A stretch of DNA of 64,000 nt from Octopus vulgaris (Eukaryota): contig OX597824.1 of NCBI GenBank assembly GCA_951406725.2, positions 63,612,001-63,676,000 of the forward strand, given 5' to 3'. Of this stretch, positions 54,435 through 64,000 are shown in pieces. Both the position numbers and the translations under genes were made by a program. Under the pieces are notes generated by a model that did no database searches, was not told where the DNA came from, and worked only from the letters and a program-made list of their open reading frames with translations. Each line of letters begins with the position of its first letter. The first letter of the stretch is position 1.

Positions 54435-55404
54435 TGTGTGTATCTGTGTGTGTGTGCGTATGTGTCTAAGTGTGTGTGTGTGTGTATGCAGATTGATGTA
54501 CGGAGAATAATTACAGCAATATTTAAAGTGCTCAGTGATTTTTTTTCATGATTGCATTTCCAAGGAAACAACTCAATAAGAATTCACTATATATCACCAT
54601 GGTATTTTATATATAAAAATATCTATAACATAGCTATATGCAATACATTATGTAAAATTATATATAATATTACTGTATGCAATTTCATAATTAACGTTTT
54701 ATATAATGTCGTGATATATAATTTATTGTAAGTAAAAGCACTCAATGGATAAAAAGTTCCAGAACACATTTAATTAGATTACAGTATGATATTTAAATGT
54801 CTTTCCTAAGACTCTTCAGAAAAAGAAAATTCCATTTTTCAGCTTCTCTGCAATTTTACCATTTCTGGAACATTGATGCGTTTTTCAGACGCAAAAGTGT
54901 GTATATGAGCTCTTCTCCCTTTAATCTGTACTATCGACCGAAAATTGGAACCCTTAACTTGAACTAAGAGCGATTGTAATTTTCTGCTTATATGAGCAAT
55001 GAATACACATACAACCGCGCACGCGCGCACACACACGCACGTACACAAGCAAAAACATACATATACACTCAACAACGTTCGACTTTTTATCAAATAATCA
55101 TTTTTTTGTTTGGTTTGGTTTGGTTTTGGTTTTTTTCTTATTTGCACATTAGATTCTTGCACTTATTTACGAAAGGAAAAATAGACGTTAAAGGTCAACA
55201 ACACAAGCTTAGAAATAAATAAATAACCAAAATATTTTATATCCTTGATATCAAAGATAAAACTAGAAACACAGTCGTGTATTCAGTACGACATGTCTCA
55301 AAGAAAATATCTTTCCCAATACGCACATATATATACGCACATATATAGTCACACCTATATAAACAGACACATGCTCACATATATAAGAACAAACACACTC
55401 ATAC

Positions 55405-55458
<54 letters not shown>

Positions 55459-55519
55459 GTGCGTGTGTGTTTGTATGTGTGAGTATAAATAGATATATAT
55501 ATATATACATTTTCAAAAT

Positions 55520-55722
55520 GTGACCTCGTGTGTACCATTGACGATTTTTCCCTCTGTCTTCCCTTCTCTGGATCTTTCCTTCTCCTATGTTTCCGACGAA
55601 GAGCTCCGCTTGAAACGTTAAACCCTCATTATTTCCTTCTTTCCTGAGCGTCCAATAATACTATATTTGTTCAACGTCCTCTCGTTGTTTTTGTTTTTTT
55701 TTGTGTGTTTTCTTGTTTGGAT

Positions 55723-55727
<5 letters not shown>
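55520..55727 (+). mobile_element. Short Penelope-type remnant (family H3) with minimal HHR at 55589-55623
   Basis: gttt-CCGACGA-a-gagc-tcc-gctt-GAAA-cg-T-T-aaac; (TA)n on both sides. Confidence 0.65.
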
Positions 55728-55757
<30 letters not shown>

Positions 55758-55823
55758 CTATTTATTAGGGAATAAAAATTCCGGCATTGCAGGGGTTCAA
55801 ATCATTCTTAATAAGGGAATATA

Positions 55824-56310
55824 TATGTTATTTAGAGATAGTAGTTCCCTTCATCTCACCATATAAAAGAATTTTAATTTAATTTCATACTTACTACTCA
55901 TTTCTCAGCTACACGTGTTTTTTAAGGTTCTTTTGCGGTTCCTTAAGCACGCAGTATTTTACATGAACCTTTTTTAAAATTTAACCCCAATCATCAGGCC
56001 TGTAAATAACTTTATCATAGTTCGATGCCAAATACTATATTTTAATTTTAACATATAAGTATGTGTATGTGTAAATAGGTCCGGCGAACCTATTTACACA
56101 TACACATACTTGTTAAATCAAAATATAGTATTTGGTATCGAACTATGATAAAGTTATTTAGAGGCCTGAAGATTGGGGTTACATTTTAAGAAAGGTTCAT
56201 GTAAAACACTGCGTGCTAAGAAACTCGTGTAGCTGAGAAATGAGTAGTAAGTATTAAATTAAATTAAAATTCTTTATATGGTGGGATGAAGGGGACTACT
56301 ATCTCTAAAT

Positions 56311-56316
<6 letters not shown>
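55824..56316. mobile_element. ~490-bp fold-back element (family H4) with HHR-like motif in each arm
   Basis: Arms invert around loop 56081-56087; CTGAAGA-ttggggtt...GAAActcgtgTA (56162-56235, +) and CTGATGA-ttggggtt...aaccttaa-aAAAcacgtgTA (55906-56001, -); TA-rich flanks. Confidence 0.85.
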
Positions 56317-56358
<42 letters not shown>

Positions 56359-56372
56359 AATACATATAAATA

Positions 56373-56763
56373 TACTCTTTCACATGTTTCAATCATTTGA
56401 CAGTGGCCATGCTGGAGTACCGCCTTTAGGCCTGCAAATCGACCCCAAGACTTACTCTTTGTAAGCCTAGTACTTATTCTATCGGTCTCTTTTGCCGAAC
56501 CTCTACGTTACGGGGACGTAAACACACCAGCATCGGTTGTCAAGCAATGTTGGGGGACAAACACAGACACACAAACATATACACACAAATATACATATAT
56601 ATATACATTTATACGACAGGCTTCTTTCAGTTTCCCTCTACCAAATCTATTGGTTTCCCCGAGAGTATAGCAGAAGACACTTGACCAAGGTGTCACGCAG
56701 TCGAAATGAACCCGAAACCATGTGGTTGGTAAGCAAGCTACTTACCACTCAGTCACTCCTACG

Positions 56764-56766
<3 letters not shown>
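56373..56766 (-). mobile_element. SINE family A
   Basis: Reverse complement of family A consensus. Confidence 0.85.
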
Positions 56767-56807
<41 letters not shown>

Positions 56808-57214
56808 CATGTATATATTTGTATATTTCTCTACCAAACTATCTATGCGTTCATATATATATATATATAATATGCGCGCCTCAACGTAACATATATTATA
56901 GAATGATATTGGATTGTACATTCAATTACATCTAAATTTAGAGCATAAACGGCGTTTTGCCGCCTTTGAGAATTTGGGATGTGACAGAAGTGATTGGCTC
57001 AAGAGTATAATGGATATTATGGAAAAATATACTGAAAGGGAATGTATTAATTGTATGCAAAAATGCAAATCAAACCCTGGCGAGTATGGAATATATAAAA
57101 CAAAAAGAAAATGCAATAACTGAGAACTGACGCACAAGGAATATGGGAAGTTTAAAAGGTATTCTTTCGTTCATAGTCCTTATGAAGTTGCAGGAAAAAA
57201 ATTGGAATGAGAAA

Positions 57215-57695
<481 letters not shown>

Positions 57696-58141
57696 ACGTG
57701 CACTCACGCAGATTTATATATACATATATTCTGTACAAGATTTCCTTTACAAATGTAGGTGGGTGTTGAGAAGTTCAATGTCTTCATAGTTAAAATTACT
57801 TGAGTACCGGGTGGGAATTCTTGGAATTATTCCAGTTTTGTTGATAATGAAAGATATATGTGTGCGTTCGTGCGTGTGTATGTGTGTGTGTGTGAGTGAG
57901 TGTGTGTGTGTGCGTGTCTGTGTGTGTGTTCATCATACAAATATCGCGTTTGTGTAGGTGTCATCGCTTGCTTTATTTTGTTTCTCCCTAATTGTGTTTG
58001 TTGCTTTAATATGAAGATCATAATATTGATTTTGCGTGGGTTAGTGTAGGTATTATGTACGTGCGTGAAAAAAGCCAATAGTTTCTACACACACACACAC
58101 ACACGCGCACACGCACACAACATACACACACACACTGTCTT

Positions 58142-58184
<43 letters not shown>

Positions 58185-58208
58185 CATAATGACGATAAAT
58201 ATTTTCAT

Positions 58209-58249
<41 letters not shown>

Positions 58250-59330
58250 ACGGTACATTTTTCATTATATATATATATTGAGAGAGAGAGATTGCAAGAG
58301 AGAAAGAGAGAAAGACAAACAAAATGACATAATGACAGACAGACACGCAGGCACAGAGACAGACAAAACGACGATAAACATTTTACTGGCGTGAAAATTG
58401 TAGTTAACATTGATAATTTTAGTGCGCCATTCAGAAAAAGGAAGACTGTGTTGGTGCAGTTAAGAAGTCATGAAAGATTACCGGAATAAAATTCATTGGA
58501 GCATAAGCATTCTTATGACTATATGAAAGGTCAGGAGGTAAAAAGAGGTGTCTGCGATTGAAGATTTGTACGGGTTGTTGACAATGGCCTCTAATCTATT
58601 ATTGGGCAGAGATGAAAGCACATAAAACGTAGATGTCAATTGTATTCGAAACATGGCTTCTTTTGCACCGCAGCTTTTTTTTTTTTCTTGGTAGATTTTA
58701 CCGACTGAAAGTGAACAGCTTTTCTTGCACCACACAACTGGATGGAGCATACAAAACGTGAAATCCGCTGAATAGATCCTGCATCATCTAACAGCAAGAT
58801 TTAGCTGCTTTGAACTTCGCTTGACGGCTTCGTGAATAAGTTCTTATGGATAGCTAAGTGGTTGCAACATTTCCTTAACAGCCAAAGGGATTCGGTTTCG
58901 ACTCCAAGGGATTTTGGCCAAAATTCCGTTATCGTAAAGTCAGGTTGATTCATGCACTCTGATGGAAATTGGGTAGACTAAAATGTGCAAAAGCTTGTAC
59001 TAGGCAATTCATTAGTAATGCATAGGTCCAGCCCTGTCGAATTTATCATATTAATCTCCATGAGAATTACAAGGGTATGCTTGTGCGTGGAATTCTTAGC
59101 TACATCCTTCACTAATTCAGTGAGAAGTGCTTTCTGTTGATAGAGAACCTAGACATTGATGCATCGTTCCCGAAGAAAGTTCCGTAATACAGATAGACAG
59201 ATTAACAAGCAGGTAATCAGACAGATGCATTTATAGATACACACACACGACACCGGATGTCAATGAAGTGTAGATACTTTTGTTTGTATTTTAAACTAGA
59301 ACAACCTATATTGCTCAATATATAGTTAAA

Positions 59331-59510
59331 TAAGGTGGCAAGCCGGCAGAATGCTTAGTAGCATTTCGTTTATCTTTTTTTCTGAGTTCAAATTCGCCAA
59401 GGTCGACTTTGCCTTTCATCCTTTTGCTGTCGATAAAATAAGCACCAGCGTTGATGTAATCGAATTACACCGTCCGCTAAAATTGCTAGCACTGTACCAA
59501 AATTTGGAAC
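59331..59510 (+). mobile_element. SINE family B
   Basis: aaggtggcaagccggcagaat...ggtcgactttgcctttcatcc...gtcgataaaataagcaccag. Confidence 0.85.
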
Positions 59511-60466
59511 GAATATATACTTGAATAATTTTTTATGCATCACGAGCATGTCTGGACAATTCTACCAAAATACAATGACCTAAACATACTGCAGCGATGA
59601 CATTTCGGAGAAAGCAGATAACATTCGCAGACCTATTTGCATAGCTGTTTGGGATGAGGCTATCACACCCCACATAGTGTACCGTGTGTCACGACCAACA
59701 TTTTCTATCACAGTATACTTGTTAGGTAGAATCCACAAATTTTGCTGTTGATCAGGATTTTACCGTATATAACTTTTAACTTCAAAACGGAAACACGTCT
59801 GCCTTTGTAAGATTTCAGGTTTGTCACTTGTCCAATAGGACACGCGCACACACACACACACACACAGACACACCTACGCGCGCGCACACATATAGATATA
59901 TTATACTCATATACTCTCAGACACGTACACACACACACACAATTATATACTTGGGTGAGTAATAAACCTTTTCTTTGCAGTGTTCCTGACCATGTTGCAG
60001 ATTCAGCAAGAGATATTTGGTTTATCGCATTGCTAAGTGAGACAAATGCAATCCTATACTATCCATGGAATTGATTCTCTGTGAGGTTAAGTTCTTAACT
60101 ACGTGCTTTAGTATTTAGCTTGAAGTTCATTGAGATAAAATTCCGAACATACTTCATATATCTAAAAGCTACGTAATAAACCTATTCTTTTGGGGGACAA
60201 AAATGCTTCACTTCTAAACAGCAACTAACACTTGACCAAAATATATTCTGCGCTAAATTCCCCCATTCGCTACTTTTGGTATAAGATAGAATATGTTCAC
60301 TTCTATATCAGAGCCTATTAAAGAAAAGGTTTCTGGTGGATTACTTGTAATTAAATAATCCTATTTTTAGTAAAATACTCTCCAAGTTTTTGTTTCTAAC
60401 CTAAAGGTCTCGTTCTTCCGATATTATAAGTGTACCTGTTTCACTGAAAGAAAAAATTAATTAACC

Positions 60467-60615
60467 AATTATTTACATTATTTACAATTGACGGATATTT
60501 GTCCTCATATTGTTTGTTGTTAACTCAACGTTTCAGCTGATATACCCACCAGCCTTCATCAGGTGTCTTGGGGAAATTTCGAACCTGAGTTCACGTTCCT
60601 AAGGTATTTTCGATG
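60467..60615 (-). mobile_element. Family H2 tail with intact-core hammerhead, interrupted at its (AAT)n by an R4/Dong element
   Basis: Matches 2105-2250. Confidence 0.85.
60522..60567 (-). ncRNA. Putative minimal type-I hammerhead ribozyme
   Basis: Minus strand gacac-CTGATGA-a-ggctg-gtgggtatat-cagct-GAAA-cg-T-T-gagtt; canonical core, stem II, palindromic ACGT stem III. Confidence 0.7.
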
Positions 60616-60649
60616 TTGTTGTTGCTGTTGTGGTTGTTATTGTTGTTGC

Positions 60650-60733
<84 letters not shown>

Positions 60734-60785
60734 CATTATTATCATTATTATTATTATTAATATTATTATTATTATTATTATTATT

Positions 60786-63700
60786 CTATGTTTGACTTTT
60801 GCTTTATATTTGTACAAGTTGGCTCCAAGTCTCACCCAGAGACCTCAAGAGACAACAGGTTGGAAGTTCACGTTGTTGTTATGCCTAGTCTGCCATATAT
60901 TTGGGGGTTTTTTTGTGTTGTACTAGTGAATGTCTAATACATAAATTAAAAAAAAAGTTTGTTTTAAACCTTGGGATTACATAGAGAGTATTTTGCGTAG
61001 GATATGAGCAATTCCCATGAGCACTATCTTTTGAATTTCTGCCATTTTGGGGTTTCCTGGTATCTGAGTTAGGTAGCAATCAGCCCCTTTCGCTATCATT
61101 CCCAGGGCACCTATGACAACAGGTATTGTTTTAGTCTTCAGGTTCCACATTTTTTTGATTTCTATTTCAAGATCTTTATATTTGCTCAGTTTTTGGTAGG
61201 TCTTGACAGATACGTTTATATCGATTGGGACAGTCATATCAATAAGGAGGCATGTTCTTTGTCTGAAGTCTTTCAATATGATGTCTGGCCTATTTGCATC
61301 TATCTTTCTGTCAGTTTGAATGGTGAAGTTCCAGAGGAGTGAGATGTGGTCATTTTCAAGCACTGGAGGTGGATTGTGTTCCCACCAGTTTTTTTCATGG
61401 GGCAAATCCAGGTTTTTGCAAATTACCCACTGAATATATTGGGCATCTCTATCATGCCTGATGAGGTACTCTGTAGGCGCTAGAAGACTGCATTTGGAGA
61501 CAACATGATCAATGGTTTCATTTTGTTGTCGGCATACACAACATGTTGGGCTACTGCCGTTCTTTAATATGTTGGCCTGGTAGTTTCTTGTTGGTAGGCA
61601 TTGATCTTGAGCTGCTATGATAAATCCTTCTGTTTCAGATTTGAAGCCAGAGGCCATTAGCCATTTATGGGTCAGGGCTTTGTCAATATCTGCATTATTC
61701 GCTCTCTTTGGGTATTTGCCATAGAGAGGTTTTTCTAGCCATTCATTATTCAGAATATCTTAATTTGTTGTATTCGGAATTCCCTTAGATATTCCTTTGC
61801 CTGTTTTGTTACTGAGTAATGATGCTTTCTTGTTTTCATGTTTTGAGACAAGTTTTAACATCCAGTCCTCAAAGTTTTTCAGGAAGGTGTCTAGGCCAAT
61901 TGTAGCAATCTTCATTGTTATTGCCAGTTGCAAAAGACCACGGCCTCCCTCTTTTCTTGGCAGATAAAGTCGTTCTGTATCTGCCTTAGGGTGGTGCATT
62001 CTATGCATTGTCAACAGTTTTCGAATTTTTCTGTCAAGCTGACATATTTCAGTAATTGACCAGTTAACGATATTGAAACTGTAAGTCACGACTGGTATGG
62101 CTAATGCATTGATCGCTTCGATCCTGTTTCTTGCATCATTCAGCTCTGTCTTGAGTATTGCTCTCACTCTTCGATAACATTCTCTCCTGATCCTTTCCTT
62201 CATCTCTGAATGCCTTATTCCGTTCCCTTTAATTACCCCTAGGTACTTGTAGCTCTCCGCTGGGTCTAGTTCTTTTATGATATTCTGCTGGTCAAGGTTA
62301 ACGTTAGATGTTTCTGTCATATTTCCTTTGATAAAGGTAGCTTTTGCACATTAATCGAGGCCGAATTGCATTCTGATGTTGTCACTGAATTGTTTGACTA
62401 TCGCTAGTAAACCCTTGTGTTGTTGGTCATTTTTTGCAAAAAGCTTCAACTCATCCATGTAAATGAGATGATTTATATTTTTATCAAACATTTTATACCC
62501 GTACTGCACGTCATTGAGCAGTTTTGAGAGAGGTATTAAGGCTAAACAAAAGAGGAGTGGTGACAGTGAGTCACCCTGGAAAATGCCACACGAAATATTT
62601 ACATCACCAGCATTTAGGGATTCATTGTCACTGTTCAGAGTTAGTGTGGTTCTCCATGATCTCATACTTACAGTCAAAAAGTTTCGCAGAGTAGGTGCTA
62701 TTTTATACATTTCCAGGCATTTCCTAATCCAGCTATGTGGTAGGCTATCAAAAGCCTTTTTATAGTCTATCCAGGCTATTGATAAGTTTTTGTGTCGTTT
62801 GTGACAATCTTCTAAGATCATCTTATTGATGAGTAGTTGATCTTTACAGCCGTAGGATCCACGTTTACATCCTTTCTGTTCATTAGGGAATATGCTGCTG
62901 TCTGTTAAAAAACTATAAGTATATTCCGTCAGGACAGATGTTAGCGTTTTTTGTACATAGTTGTTAAGCAGGTTATGGGTCTACAGTTTTTTGGTTCATT
63001 TGTTTCTTCACTTTTTGGAAGCAGGAATGTTAACCCATTAACTAGCCAAGGAGGCATCCTACTAGGGTGTTGCAAAACATCATTGTACAGTTCTGTTAGC
63101 AGTTCATGGCTCTCTGGGAAGGCATTCAACCAGAAGCTAGGAATTTTATCCTTTCCTGGAGACTTCCATTTGCTTGACCTCCTGAGAGCAGATCTTATAT
63201 CTTCTACCTTGACACCCTCCCACTTTTGCTCTTCTAAGGGGTCCAGTTCTGTAGATATTCTGTCAAATCCAGGGGGCCTTTTCGTTGTGTGTTTTTTCTT
63301 CTGCCCAAACTTTATTCCAAAATCCCTGCACTTCTTCATTTGATGGTACAGACCTTGCAGTAAACGCTGTTTTTCCTATCTTCCTGTAAAAATTCTTGGG
63401 GTTATTTTTGAACATGTTGTTGTCCTTGAACAATCTAACACGCTTTTCATACCTCGCTATGTGGGCAGCTTTGGCAGATACCTTTTGTTTGCTGGTTTCT
63501 ATAGTGGCATCAATATCAAGTATAGTTTTCATATTGTATTTTTTCGGCAATTTTTAGGTTTTTGCAGGTTTGGTAGTCTTGTGAAACTTAAGGTTTTTCA
63601 AATATTCAATGTCAGATCTAAATAGTTTAATTTGTTGTTGCAAACGCTCTTGCCAAGAAGGCTTTTTGTGGGAATGTTGCCGTTTTCTAATCTTTACACC

Positions 63701-64000
63701 ACATAGGATCGTTGAGATTTTCGCGGATGCATAAGTATAGGTGGTTGAGATTAGTGATATCAACATCATTAGCTGAAATTATATCCTTAAGTGCAAGCCG
63801 GATTTTACCAATTATTTTCATGTTTTGGTTAGAGTTGCGGATTTTAGGGAGTGTATCACGCTCATCCATGCTGGTTTCTTTAATTTTCAGCCATTCAATC
63901 ATGATTTGATTTTTTAGCTCATGTAATTCTGTTGGGTCAATATTTGTGTGACTTTCTTTATCTATTTGATGTTCATCTGTCTTAGTGTTTATGATTGGTT
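60786..64000 (-). mobile_element. R4/Dong-like retrotransposon, long frameshifted copy (continues past window)
   Basis: KSPGKDKI, RPITCLTTMYK, WIDYKKAFDS, GIFQGDSLSPLLF, HLIYMDE, HHPKADTERLY, CCVC..ETIDHVVSKC, RHD, RPDII..LLID across ORFs 60977-63902; 3' end joins (TAA)n. Confidence 0.93.

Overview
AT-rich eukaryotic non-coding DNA packed with microsatellites. The (TA)n/(TG)n/(GATA)n/(AAT)n density and the repeat families suggest an octopus-type cephalopod intron or intergenic region (inference, not verified). I could not identify a host protein-coding exon, and most ORFs in the track are microsatellite read-throughs. Protein-coding sequence I can recognise belongs to decayed mobile elements: Tc1, mariner and pogo-like DNA transposons, several R4/Dong-like RLE non-LTR retrotransposons, a Tx1-like LINE, an RTE-like fragment and a Penelope-like GIY-YIG remnant. 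There are also several tRNA-derived SINE families and a Helitron-like 3' end. The most notable signal is a set of short, often fold-back, non-autonomous repeats carrying minimal type-I hammerhead ribozyme (HHR) motifs of the Penelope/retrozyme kind. These include (i) a 200-bp family whose core reads GUGAACA instead of CUGANGA, a compensatory G3-C8 swap, and (ii) an element built as tRNA-like head + (AAT)n + hammerhead, which looks like a ribozyme-bearing SINE. A second pattern is that retroelement lineages appear to partition microsatellite targets: R4/Dong in (TAA)n, Tx1 in (GATA)n, a second RLE family in (CATA)n, and most HHR elements in or next to (TA)n. All coordinates and RNA folds were read by eye.
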